This document shows, in pieces, positions 1 through 9,839 of a stretch of 64,000 nucleotides of DNA. The position numbers and the translations under genes are program-made. Below the pieces are notes generated by a model. The model had not been told where the DNA came from and did not search any database. It worked only from the letters and a program-made list of their open reading frames with translations. The stretch is from an uncultured delta proteobacterium (GTDB lineage: Bacteria > Myxococcota_A > Polyangia > Fen-1088): positions 2,240,001-2,304,000 of the forward strand of contig CAVYGB010000008.1 in assembly GCA_963767925.1 (NCBI GenBank), in the 5' to 3' direction. Numbering within the stretch: the stretch's first letter is position 1; every line of letters begins with the position of its first letter.

Positions 1-526
1 GCCCCAGGTTGCGGAGCGCGTTGGCCGCCTCGAGGCCCAGCAACCCACCCCCGATCACCGTCCCCACGTCGCTGCCGGCTGCGTGGGCCGCGATGGCCGC
101 CAGGTCCTCGATGGTGCGGTAGACGAAGCAGCCGGTCGCCCCCGCCCCCTTGATGGGGGGCACGAAGGGATGAGAGCCGGTCGCCAGGACCAGCTCGTCG
201 TAGGCGAGCTCCTCGCCGCGGGCGGTGCGGACGATCTTGCGGACCGGATCGATGGCCTCGGCCGCTTCGCCGAGGCGCACCTGCACCCCGGCCGCCCGGT
301 AACGGTCGGGGGTGGCCAGCGCCAGATCGGCCGCGGCTTTTCCCTCGAACAGCCCCGACAGGTTGACCCGGTCGTAGGCCAGGCGGGGCTCCTCGGCCAG
401 CACGGTGATGTCGTGGGCCAGCTCGCCGTCCCCGAGGGCGAGGAGGCGCTCGACGAAGTGGTGGCCCACCATTCCGTTCCCGACCACCAGCAGGCTGGAT
501 CTGCGCGACATGGCTTCTGTTTCCAT
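1..526 (-). CDS. nirB: NAD(P)H-dependent nitrite reductase large subunit, N-terminal part (runs off window start)
   Basis: Manual minus-strand translation: LLVVGNGMVGHHFVERL...EEPRLAYDRVNLS...YDELVLATGSHPFVPPI...CFVYRTIEDL...VIGGGLLGLEAANAL, the FAD/NAD-binding N-terminus typical of NirB. Confidence 0.88.
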   Translation of the reverse strand, partial: METEAMSRRSSLLVVGNGMVGHHFVERLLALGDGELAHDITVLAEEPRLAYDRVNLSGLFEGKAAADLALATPDRYRAAGVQVRLGEAAEAIDPVRKIVRTARGEELAYDELVLATGSHPFVPPIKGAGATGCFVYRTIEDLAAIAAHAAGSDVGTVIGGGLLGLEAANALRNLG

Positions 527-627
527 CTGTAAGGCGGTGGCTGTTTCCGCCTGGTTGCCCGTCGGTAAAAAACCGGGAAGCGCCCCGTGTCTTGCTGGCA
601 CTTTTCCCCCGGGCTAAGGTTGCCCAC

Positions 628-2188
628 ATGCGACGCGGCAGATCGCTGGAGACAGGGGGCCGCGGGCGGGCCGGCCGGCGGGTTGCGACCGTGCTGCTCG
701 TGGCGCTCGCCAGCGCGCCGGCCCCCGCCCGGGCCGAGCGCGGCCGTTCCGGCGGCGATCCGGGGAGCCGGATCGCCTGCGCCCTCGCGAGCGTGGCCGA
801 TCGCTCCGTCCCCGGCGGGAACCGGGGACCCTGCAACACCCCCGACGCCGTCGACTACTTCGCGACCGGGTCGGCCGGACGGGGCGTCGTCGTCACGAAC
901 TTCGGGATCCTCCTGCCGGGTGGGCGGGCCTCCTCCTGGCAGGTCGTGTGCGACGACAACTTCGGGCTCGCCCCCGCTCCCCAGGTGCGCTTGCATCCCG
1001 ACGGCCGGGTGTTCGCCGCGAGCAACGAGGGGCTCTACCAGACCACCGACGGGTGCGACTGGTCGCGGGCCACCGTCGACAACGGCGAGGTGGTCACCAG
1101 CATGCGGATCTTCTTCGACGTGGCCTTCGACCGGCAGACACCCGGCCAGATCTTCGGCCTGGGGGAGGTCCCGCGCGAGCTCTGGCGCTCTGGCGATGGC
1201 GGCCGGACCTTCACCCGCCTGCGCACCTTCGAGCCGACGCTGGCCTACCATCGCCTCGTTGTGGCGCCCTCCGACGGGCGCCGCCTTTACCTGTTCGGCC
1301 GCGGCCGGCTGGCCTCCACCCCCTTCGCCCGCTCGGAGGACGGCGGGCAGAGCTTCGAGCTGGGCGATCTGACAGCGGGCCTCGAGCCACCTCCGGCCAC
1401 CGCCTTCGAGTTCGCCGCGGTGGCGCCCGACGACCCGGCGGTTCTGTATTTCTCGGTCATCAACCCCACCGAAGGGGACGAGATTCTGGCGGACCACCGA
1501 CGGCGGCCGGACGGTGTCGAAGTTCCTCCAGCTCGGCGCGGGGGAGGCCTTCGCCGGCTTCGCCTTCGGCGCCAACCCCCAGACCGTGTACGTGGCGGGG
1601 ACCGACCCCTTTCCCCTCTCGAGCGCCGAGCCGCCCGCCCACCTCTATCGCACCCGGGACGGGGGCAAGACCTGGCTGGATCCGGCCCCCTCGGACCCCA
1701 GCAACGGCCCCCGCTACCGCTGCCTGAGCTGGTCGGACAACACGCTCTACGCCTGCGCTGCCGGCGAGCCGGGGGGAGACCTCTTCCTTGTCGGCGCGTC
1801 CTCCGACGACGGCCGGACCTGGGCGCCCGCGGTGCGGCTGGCGGATCTGTCCGGCGCCAAGAGCTGCGTGGCAGCCCAGTGCCTGCAGACCGAGGAGTGG
1901 CTCTGCGAGAACTACTGCTTCTGCGCCCCCGGGGTCGAGCCCAGCACCGGGAGCTGCGTCGACCCGGGCGACGGCGGCGCGCCCGCCGACGCCGCCACCC
2001 GGGACGCGCGCCCGGACGGGGCGGCGGGAGACGCCTGCCTGGGGACCGCTTGCCTCGAGGAGCAGGGCTGCACCTGCCACCTCGGCGACGCCCCCGCGGC
2101 CCCCCCGGCGGCGGCCCCTCTGCTGGTCGTGGGCCTGCTGGCGACGCTCTCGATCATGGGCCGGCGCCGCCGCCATGCCCGACGTTGA
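628..2188 (+). CDS. Secreted BNR/Asp-box beta-propeller protein with C-terminal MYXO-CTERM-like sorting tail (one frameshift ~1490)
   Basis: Joins ORFs 592..2217 and 1514..2188; signal peptide; repeated S/T-x-D-G-G-x-T/S-W/F boxes (SGDGGRTF, SEDGGQSF, TRDGGKTW, SSDDGRTW); ends GCTC...hydrophobic helix...RRRR. Confidence 0.7.
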
Positions 2189-3770
2189 CCGCAGCCACGA
2201 CGCCGACTTTCTCGTGATCGGCAGCGGCTTCGGCGGGGCCGTCAGCGCCCTCCGCCTGGCCGAGAAGGGCTACCGGGTGGTGGTGCTGGAGGCGGGCAAA
2301 CGCTGGCGCGCGGAGGAGTTCCCCCGCACCAACTGGCGGCTCGACAAGTTCCTCTGGCTACCGGCGCTCGGCTGGTACGGCATCCAGCGCATCGCCTGGT
2401 TGCGCGACGTCGTGGTGCTGGCGGGCGCGGGCGTGGGGGGCGGCTCGCTCGTGTACGCCAACACCTTGCTGCGACCGCCCCCCGCGTTCTTCGCCGACCC
2501 GGCCTGGGCCGAGCTCGACGACTGGGCCACCCGGCTCGCGCCCCACTACGACGAGGCGCTGCGCATGCTGGGCGCCACCCCCAGCCGGTTCCTGGGGCCC
2601 GCGGACGAGCACCTGCGCGCCGTCGCCGAGGCGATGGGCCGGGGCGAGACCTTTCACCAGCCCACGGTGGCGGTCTACTTCGGCGAGCCGGGCAAGACGG
2701 TGCCCGATCCGTTCTTCGGCGGCGCCGGCCCCGATCGCACCGGCTGCACCCTGTGCGGCGGCTGCATGGTGGGCTGCCGGCACGGGGCCAAGAACACGCT
2801 CGACCGGAACTACCTGCACCTGGCCGAACGCCTGGGCGCGGTCATCCACCCGCTGACGACCGTCGAGCGCATCGAGCCCCTGCCCGGCCCGGCTCCAGCG
2901 GGCTACCTCGTCACGAGCCGGCGCACCGACCGCCTCCTGCGCCGCGCGGGGCGCCGGCAGTGGCGGGCCCGTCAGGTGGTGCTGGCGGGCGGCGTGCTGG
3001 GGACCGTGCCCCTCCTGCTGCGGGCCCGTGCGCAGGGCTGGCTGCCGGGGCTGTCCTCCCGCCTGGGCGAGGCGGTGCGCACCAACTCCGAGGCGCTGGT
3101 GGGGGCCCTCGCCCGGGGGGGGAGCGCCGACAACAGCCAGGGCATCGCCATCACCTCGGGGTTCTGGCCCGACGCCCACACCCACGTCGAGGTCGTCCGC
3201 TACGGCGCCGGCCAGGACGCGATGGGGCGGCTGGGCACGCTGCTGGCTCCCGGCGGGGGCGGCGCCTGGCGGCGGCGGGCGCGCTGGCTGGCCCGCATCG
3301 TCCGCCACCCCCTGGACTTCCTGCGGACGCTCTGGCCCTGGGGCTGGGCCCGCAAGAGCATCGTGCTCCTCGTCATGCAGTCCCTCGAGAACCGGATGCG
3401 CCTCGCCTTGCGCCGGGGCGGCGCGCTCACCACCCGCAGCGAGGGCCCGGCGCCGCCGCCCTCGTACATCCCCGCCGCCCACCTGGTGGCGCAGCGGATG
3501 GCCGACCGGACCGGCGGCGTCGCCATCGGATCGCTGAACGAGTCGCTGCTCGACATCCCCCTGACCGCCCACATCCTGGGCGGCTGCCCCATGGGCCGCG
3601 ACGCCGGCCAGGGGGTCATCGACCGCGACCACCAGGTCTTCGGGTATCCCGGGCTCTACGTGTGCGACGGCTCGGCGGTGTCCGCCAACCTGGGGGTGAA
3701 TCCGGCGCTCACGATCTGCGCGCTCACCGAACACGCCATGAGCAAGATCCCCCCCGCTGGCCGGCGCTGA
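2175..3770 (+). CDS. GMC oxidoreductase, cholesterol oxidase (ChoD)-like
   Basis: VIGSGFGGAVSALRLAEKG FAD motif, GAGVGGGSLVYAN, CTLCGGCMVGC, TAHILGGC, NLGVNPALTI; ATG 2175 overlaps the end of the upstream gene. Confidence 0.88.
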   Translation: MPDVDRSHDADFLVIGSGFGGAVSALRLAEKGYRVVVLEAGKRWRAEEFPRTNWRLDKFLWLPALGWYGIQRIAWLRDVVVLAGAGVGGGSLVYANTLLRPPPAFFADPAWAELDDWATRLAPHYDEALRMLGATPSRFLGPADEHLRAVAEAMGRGETFHQPTVAVYFGEPGKTVPDPFFGGAGPDRTGCTLCGGCMVGCRHGAKNTLDRNYLHLAERLGAVIHPLTTVERIEPLPGPAPAGYLVTSRRTDRLLRRAGRRQWRARQVVLAGGVLGTVPLLLRARAQGWLPGLSSRLGEAVRTNSEALVGALARGGSADNSQGIAITSGFWPDAHTHVEVVRYGAGQDAMGRLGTLLAPGGGGAWRRRARWLARIVRHPLDFLRTLWPWGWARKSIVLLVMQSLENRMRLALRRGGALTTRSEGPAPPPSYIPAAHLVAQRMADRTGGVAIGSLNESLLDIPLTAHILGGCPMGRDAGQGVIDRDHQVFGYPGLYVCDGSAVSANLGVNPALTICALTEHAMSKIPPAGRR

Positions 3771-3774
3771 CTGG

Positions 3775-6219
3775 CTACTGGACCACCGTACAGGTGGGCA
3801 TACAGAACCCCGTGAAGTTCTCGGCCGACACGTCGTAGGCCGGGGTGCTGTTCTTGAGGGCGTCGGTGTACCAGGGGGCCAAGGTGATGGGCCCCCCGCA
3901 CAGCGACTGCGCTCCACAGTCTGGCAGCACCATGGTCGAGCAGGGCCCGTATTGCTGGCCGAAGGCGAAAGGGTCGGGGGGGATCGCGAAGCCCTTCCAG
4001 TCGGGCGACCCGCAGGCAAACTCGCCGGTGGCGGTGCCGTCCTGGTTGTAGGTGTCGACGCACACCTGCTGGCGGTTGAACAGCCGGGGACAGACCTCGC
4101 GCGCCCCGCTGCCGAAGTCGCTCAGATCGGCGCTGCAGGCCTTGGCGTTGGGCGACCCGCTCTGATTCTTGTCCTGGGTCCGCGGGTCGAGGTCGTTGCC
4201 GTCGTACGGCGGGGGGTTGGCGAATACGCCCGCGGCTGGCACCAGCTTGCCGTCGCCATCGAGATCCTCGAGGACGCCGTTGCAGTTCCGGTCGGCCTGG
4301 AAGAGGAGGTAGTTCAACTTCTGGTTGGGCCGGCCCTGGGCGTCGAAGAGGCTGCAGAACTCCGCGTTGCGGGTGCCTCCCTCGTAGAACTCGGCCAGCA
4401 CCGGCAGGTCCTGGACCGCGCTGCCCGGATGGGCTTCGGGATCGATGTCGTTGCAATCCACCCCGGTGGTGGTCAGGGACTGTCCGGCCAGGGCCAGCTC
4501 CCGGGCCGACGGGAACCCGTCGTTGTCCTTGTCGGCCGCCACGCCGTCGCAGTCCTCGTCGATCAGGTTGCCCTTGACCTCGGTGCCCCCCGGCTTGGAC
4601 TTGCTGTCGTTGTCGTTGCAATCGGGCGCCTTGCCCGAGGCGGCGAACCCGGGGTCGCTGCGGGTGAGGAAGCCGTCGCCGTCGGCGTCGGAGGCCACCC
4701 CGTCGCAGTTCTCGTCCCGGCCATTGCCCGACACCTCGGCCCCCAGGACGGCGGAGCAGGTCATCTTCGTCTGCGGGCAGAACAGGTTCCAGGCCAGATC
4801 GGGCAGCGCGCTCAGGCTGGCCGCCACCTTGGCCACGTCCGGCTGGCCGTCGCAATCGTGGTCCTTGCCCGTACAGATCACCGGCCGGGCGCCCGGATGG
4901 ATGTCCTTGTCGTTGTCGTCGCAGTCTTCACCGGGCTCCAGGGTCGCGCCGGCCTTGGCGTAATAACCGTCTCCGTCCATGTCGACCGGCGGGTCCCGAT
5001 CGGGCGGCGGGTCGGTGATGGACAGCCTGCGGGTGAGGGGGTTGTACTGCAGGATGGTCTCTGGGCAGGTCCCGTCGTAAGAGCCCGGGACGTTCATCGC
5101 GAAATACTGGCGGAAGCGCCTGAACGCGCGGCTGCCGATGACCGACCGGATGCGAACCTCATCGGGGCGACCGGACAGCGCCGCCCGCAGGGTGCAGGTC
5201 CCGAGCGGAGTGCCCGCGCTGGGGCGGGCCATCCGGCAGGAGAACGACCGGCCCGGGACCTCGACCCGCCAGCTCAGCAGGGAGCCGCCCTGGGGGAAGC
5301 CCTTGCTGAGCTTGAGGGTGAACTTCCGGCAGAACCTGCCGATGTTGCGCCGGTTTCCCGTCGCCACCTTGGAGAAGTGCTCGACCTCCCCGACGCAGGC
5401 GAGCTTGCGGGCGCCGCCGGCCGGGGTGGCGTCCGCCACCTTGCAACTCGAGTTCTCCAGCCAGAGGCCGCTCGCCTCGTCGAAGGTGTACATCGCCAGG
5501 ACGTCGCCCACCTGGTGGCTCACGTCGGTGGGCAGATCGAAGGAGACAACCGCCCGCTCACCCGCCGAGAACTGCAAGGGCTTGCCGTCGGCGCCCAGGA
5601 GCTCGACGTGGATCGCCCCGTAGAGCACGAGCGGCTCGGGGCCGTCCGCGCCCACCCCGAAGCCGTCGTCCGAGGTGGTCTCCACCGCCGAGAGGGGATC
5701 GAGCAGGTTCACCACCCGCACGGTCACCGGCCCGTCGTAGGGGCTCCCGTCCTCCTTGAGGAAACCGCGGCCGGGCAAGCGCACCTGCGCCACCGCCAGA
5801 TCGACGTTGCCACCGGTCTCGCTGTCGACGACGACCGAGACCAGCTTGCTGAGCTCGATCGTGAGCGGGGTATAGGAGTTGGAGATCGAGAGGGTCTTGG
5901 TGACCGGGGCGTAGCCCTCGGCCGAGACGGTGGCCACCGTGCTGGCCTCGGTGGATTGCTCGGGCAGCGCCGCCGTACCGTCGGCCAGGGACCGCACGGA
6001 GGACGATCCGAACACGATGCTGGCGTTGGCGATGGGCGCCCCCGCCTGATCGACGACCGCGAGCTGGGGGTTGAAGGCCGTCTTCCCGAACACCTCGGGC
6101 GGGATCTCGGTGCCCTCCCCGCCCTCCGATCCCGGCGGTTTCTGGCTCTTCTGACAGGAGAGAACGAGGCTGCTCGAAGCGAGCAGACCGAGCAGCAACA
6201 CCCGACCAATCACCGACAT
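3775..6219 (-). CDS. Large lipoprotein with N-terminal beta-sandwich domains and C-terminal Asp/Cys-rich putative metal-binding repeats
   Basis: Lipobox-like LVLSC; VEHFS motif; repeats DxDGDG...DCxDND...PG...DxxCDG. Confidence 0.7.
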   Translation of the reverse strand: MSVIGRVLLLGLLASSSLVLSCQKSQKPPGSEGGEGTEIPPEVFGKTAFNPQLAVVDQAGAPIANASIVFGSSSVRSLADGTAALPEQSTEASTVATVSAEGYAPVTKTLSISNSYTPLTIELSKLVSVVVDSETGGNVDLAVAQVRLPGRGFLKEDGSPYDGPVTVRVVNLLDPLSAVETTSDDGFGVGADGPEPLVLYGAIHVELLGADGKPLQFSAGERAVVSFDLPTDVSHQVGDVLAMYTFDEASGLWLENSSCKVADATPAGGARKLACVGEVEHFSKVATGNRRNIGRFCRKFTLKLSKGFPQGGSLLSWRVEVPGRSFSCRMARPSAGTPLGTCTLRAALSGRPDEVRIRSVIGSRAFRRFRQYFAMNVPGSYDGTCPETILQYNPLTRRLSITDPPPDRDPPVDMDGDGYYAKAGATLEPGEDCDDNDKDIHPGARPVICTGKDHDCDGQPDVAKVAASLSALPDLAWNLFCPQTKMTCSAVLGAEVSGNGRDENCDGVASDADGDGFLTRSDPGFAASGKAPDCNDNDSKSKPGGTEVKGNLIDEDCDGVAADKDNDGFPSARELALAGQSLTTTGVDCNDIDPEAHPGSAVQDLPVLAEFYEGGTRNAEFCSLFDAQGRPNQKLNYLLFQADRNCNGVLEDLDGDGKLVPAAGVFANPPPYDGNDLDPRTQDKNQSGSPNAKACSADLSDFGSGAREVCPRLFNRQQVCVDTYNQDGTATGEFACGSPDWKGFAIPPDPFAFGQQYGPCSTMVLPDCGAQSLCGGPITLAPWYTDALKNSTPAYDVSAENFTGFCMPTCTVVQ

Positions 6220-6367
6220 GAGACCTCCTCACCGACGCCGCCCACACGTGAAAAGCGGTCTTCTATTTTTTGCCGGCGGATCGCCGAAGTCAATTTCACA
6301 ATCGTGGTGATCGCGTGTACGCCATTGCGTACTTTCACGCGGCCGCCCCGCCGGCGTCGGCGACGGA

Positions 6368-7099
6368 TCAATCGTGGCGCTGGGAAAAGTTGGGCGCGCC
6401 CGCCAGGCGCGCGGCGAGCTCGAGGAGGCCGATCTCCCCCTGCACGAAGGCGTTGTGGCCTCGCCGCCGACACAGCTCTGGGTCTGCCCCGATAGGTACT
6501 GGGCGAGGGTCCCGGCCACACATGCCGCCACCTCGGGCCGGCCCGCCAGCAAGGTGGCGAGCTCCTCCTGTCCGCTCTCGATCGGAAACAACATCTGCCC
6601 GTCCCCACCGACGGGGTATCCCGAGGCGTCGATCGGCGCCCCGTTTTCCCGATCCCGGTAGCGGCCCCCCTCGTCGAAGTGCTCGAAGGGGAAGCCCATC
6701 GGATCGAAGAAGCGGTGACAGGCGCCGCAGGCCCCCTGGGCATGGGCCGCCTCGAAGCGCTCGCGGGTGGTCCTCCAGCCGGTGCCGGGCGGGGGCAGGT
6801 CGGGCACGACCGGGGGCTGCTGTGGGATCTCCGGGATTGACGAACCCGTCCTTGCTGTCGAGCGGATCGGCGATGTCGAGGGTGAAGGCGTCCTTGGCCT
6901 CGGGGAAGACGTCCCGCCCGGGTCGAAGTGCTCGGCGGGCATTCCGTGGGGGACGAAAAACAGGAGCAGCCGGCGGGGCCGCTCGGCGGGCGCCTGGGCC
7001 AGCGCGCGCCGGGACAGCTCGAGCGCCAGCGGCGCGGGGAGCCCGAGGCCGAGAGCCCGGAGGAAGGTTCCGCTGCAGCGGGCGCGAGCCCCGGCTCAT
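6368..7099 (-). pseudogene. Chimeric remnant: DUF1552-like Tat N-terminus + DUF1587-like fragment + DUF1588/DUF1585-like CxxCH C-terminus
   Basis: Pieces in different frames: TFLRALGLGLPAPLAL...RRLLLFFVPHGMPAEHFDP; DVFPE...DGFVN; TTRERFEAAH...CGACHRFFDPMGFPFEHFDEGGRYR. Confidence 0.6.
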
Positions 7100-7150
7100 G
7101 CCCCCAAGCTTGCACCATCACCGCCGGCGCGGGGAGGCGCGTCCGGTCAA

Positions 7151-8485
7151 TCAGGGCGCCGTGACGGACGGCCGACTGCCCACCGCCAGGGTGGGCACCG
7201 GCGCCGCCGCCGGGAGCTTCAGGCTCAACACGAGCAGCGCCTCGACAACGAGGCCCGCCGCCAGGAAGAGCAGCCCCCGCTCGTAGCTCTGGGAGCTGTC
7301 GCGCAGGAGGCCCATCACGTGAGGGCCCGCCCAGCCGCCCAGATTGCCCACCGAGTTGATGAGCGCGATGCCCGCGGCCGCGGCCGCGCCCCCCAGGAAC
7401 ACGGGGGGGATCGACCAGAAGGGTCCCAGGATGGAGCGCTGCCCCACCTGCGAGAGCATGAAGCTCAGCACGATGAGCGGGACGCTCTTCTGGAACGCCG
7501 CCGCCAGGGCCAGGCCGATGGCGGCGGTCATCGCGCAGGCGGCGACGTGTTTCTTGCGCTCGCCGGTGCGGTCGGAGTGCCGGCCGATCAGCACCATGCC
7601 GACCAGCGCCGCCACGAACGGCAGCGCGGTGATGCCCGCCAGCCGGAGCCCGGAGAACCCCGAGGCCTCTCGCAAGATCTTCGGCAAGAAGAGAAACACG
7701 CCGTAGGTGGCCATGTTGTTGAGAAAGTAGATCGCGCACAGGAGGATCACCTTGGGATCCCGCAAGGCCCCGAACCCGCGGTGGGCCTGCCGGGCGGTGC
7801 GCTCGGCGCGATCGCGCTCCATCTCCCGGACCAGCCACTCGCGATCGTCGGCCGGCAGCCAGTGGGCTTGCTCCGGGCGATCGGTCAGGTACTTGAGGGC
7901 GGCGAACCCCAGCACGACCGCCGGGAGGCCCTCGACGAGGAACAGCCACTGCCAGCCGTGCAGGCCGGCGACTCCGTCGAGCTTGAGCAGCCCCTCCGAG
8001 AGGGGAGCCCCCACCAGCATGGCCACCGGGATGGCCATCATGAAGAGGGCGCCGGTCTTGGCCCGCTCGCGGGCCGGGATCCAGTAGGTGAGAAAGAGGA
8101 TCATCCCCGGAAAGAAGCCGGCCTCGGCCAGGCCCAGGAGCACCCGCATGGAGAAGAAGCTCCACTGCCCCACCACGAACATCATCGCCATCGACACCAG
8201 GCCCCAGACGATCATGATCCGCGCGATCCAGATGCGCGCCCCCACCCGTTCCATGATCAGGTTGCTGGGGATCTCGAAGAGGAAGTAGCCGAGGAAGAAC
8301 AGCCCCGCCCCCTGTCCGTAAACGGCATTGCTCATCCCGAGATCTCTCTGCATCGAGTCGGCGGCGAAGCCGATATTGACGCGATCGATGTACGCAATGA
8401 CGTAACAGATGAAGATGAAGGGGACGAGCCGACCCACGACTCGCTGAAAAACTCGGCGCTCGCGCTCTTCGTTCGGCGAAGTCAT
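7151..8485 (-). CDS. MFS transporter, anion:cation symporter family (TtuB-like)
   Basis: YIDRVNIGFAA, FEIPSNLIMERVGARIWIARIM, GLAEAGFFPG, GWQWLFLVEGLP, INSVGNLGG; ~12 TM helices. Confidence 0.92.
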   Translation of the reverse strand: MTSPNEERERRVFQRVVGRLVPFIFICYVIAYIDRVNIGFAADSMQRDLGMSNAVYGQGAGLFFLGYFLFEIPSNLIMERVGARIWIARIMIVWGLVSMAMMFVVGQWSFFSMRVLLGLAEAGFFPGMILFLTYWIPARERAKTGALFMMAIPVAMLVGAPLSEGLLKLDGVAGLHGWQWLFLVEGLPAVVLGFAALKYLTDRPEQAHWLPADDREWLVREMERDRAERTARQAHRGFGALRDPKVILLCAIYFLNNMATYGVFLFLPKILREASGFSGLRLAGITALPFVAALVGMVLIGRHSDRTGERKKHVAACAMTAAIGLALAAAFQKSVPLIVLSFMLSQVGQRSILGPFWSIPPVFLGGAAAAAGIALINSVGNLGGWAGPHVMGLLRDSSQSYERGLLFLAAGLVVEALLVLSLKLPAAAPVPTLAVGSRPSVTAP

Positions 8486-8577
8486 ACCTGAATCCTCCTC
8501 GCTCGACAGCAGCGCACCCTACCACGGGCCCGGTCTCGCGAATCGAGAAGACGAAACCTGGGATACCATCCGCGGCC

Positions 8578-9621
8578 ATGCCGGCCTACGTCACCTCGCC
8601 CCGCATGCGTTATCGAGAAGAGGAGCTGTGGTTCGCCGCCTCGCTCTACGTCGGAAGCTGGGAGGAGGACTTCCACGAGCTCATGCTGAACGACGACCTG
8701 CGCATGAACGCCTACGAAAGAGCGATCAAGGCGCGGGTGCGACCGGGCATGGCGGTGGCGGACCTGGGAACGGGCACCGGCATCCTGGCGCAGTGGGCGC
8801 TGGAGGCGGGGGCCCGGGTGGTCTACGGGATCGACGTCAGCGCGCCGATCCTGCAACGGGCGGTCGAACGGATCGGCGCGGCTGGCTTCTCCGATCGCTT
8901 CCAGACGTTCGCCGCCCTCTCCTACGACGTGACCCTGCCCGAGCGGGTGGACGTCCTCCTCTCCGAGATCCTGGGAAACCGGGCGGACAACGAGGGGATG
9001 GTCGCCATCCTCAACGACGCCCGCTGGCGGTTCCTCGCCGAGGGTGGCCACATGTTGCCGAGCCGGGCGCGGTCCTGCCTCGTCCCGGTGGCGGCCGCCC
9101 AGGCCCACGCCCAGGTCTGCAGCCGGCAGTGCCAGGGGCTCTCCGATCGCTACGACCTCGACGAGCTGCTGAAGAGCGTCGGCCTGCACAGCCCCTTCCA
9201 GCTCTCCTTCGACGTCATCCTTCCCTCGGCGACCCACCTGGCCGCGCCCCTGCCCGTCGTCGACTTCGCCTTCGCGGGCGAAGACCCCGAGGACTACCGG
9301 CGGGAGCTGTCGTTCCCGGTCGACCGGGCGGGCCCCTTCACCGGCTTCAAGGGCTACTTCACCGCCGACCTGGCGCCGGGGGTGGTCCTCGACATCTCGG
9401 GAGACGACATTGCAGGACGGAAGACGAGCGACTCCTGGAAGCACAGCTACCTGCCGGTCGAGCGCCCGATCGACGTCCGTCCCGGAGACGTCATCGAGCT
9501 GACCTATGCGCGGGCCCGTCCCGCGCGCGAGGACTCCCCCTTCCGCCAGTATTATTCGTGGACCGGCGTCGTACGGCGGGACGGGCGCCCCCTGGCTCGC
9601 TTCGAGAATCAGATGACGTGA
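8578..9621 (+). CDS. SAM-dependent methyltransferase, protein arginine N-methyltransferase (PRMT)-like
   Basis: HELMLNDDLRMNAY, motif I VADLGTGTGIL, VYGID, double-E loop SEILGNRADNE, FLAEGGHMLP, GFKGYF, THW-loop equivalent DSWKH. Confidence 0.8.
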   Translation: MPAYVTSPRMRYREEELWFAASLYVGSWEEDFHELMLNDDLRMNAYERAIKARVRPGMAVADLGTGTGILAQWALEAGARVVYGIDVSAPILQRAVERIGAAGFSDRFQTFAALSYDVTLPERVDVLLSEILGNRADNEGMVAILNDARWRFLAEGGHMLPSRARSCLVPVAAAQAHAQVCSRQCQGLSDRYDLDELLKSVGLHSPFQLSFDVILPSATHLAAPLPVVDFAFAGEDPEDYRRELSFPVDRAGPFTGFKGYFTADLAPGVVLDISGDDIAGRKTSDSWKHSYLPVERPIDVRPGDVIELTYARARPAREDSPFRQYYSWTGVVRRDGRPLARFENQMT

Positions 9622-9839
9622 GCGAGCGGCGCCCGGGACGGGCGGTTCGCTCTTCACCGGCAGCGAACGGGCGGGACCGATTCCCGAAATACCGATTGAC
9701 GGAGAGCCCGGTTCGTTGGAAACGTCGAAAGGCCCCAGGTCAAAGCGAAATCCAGCGGCCTGGCAGGCCTTCCCGTGTGTCCGCGCTTTTCAAATGCTAC
9801 ACACGGGACTCACGAGTTGTGGTTTGTTAGGAGCGAGTC

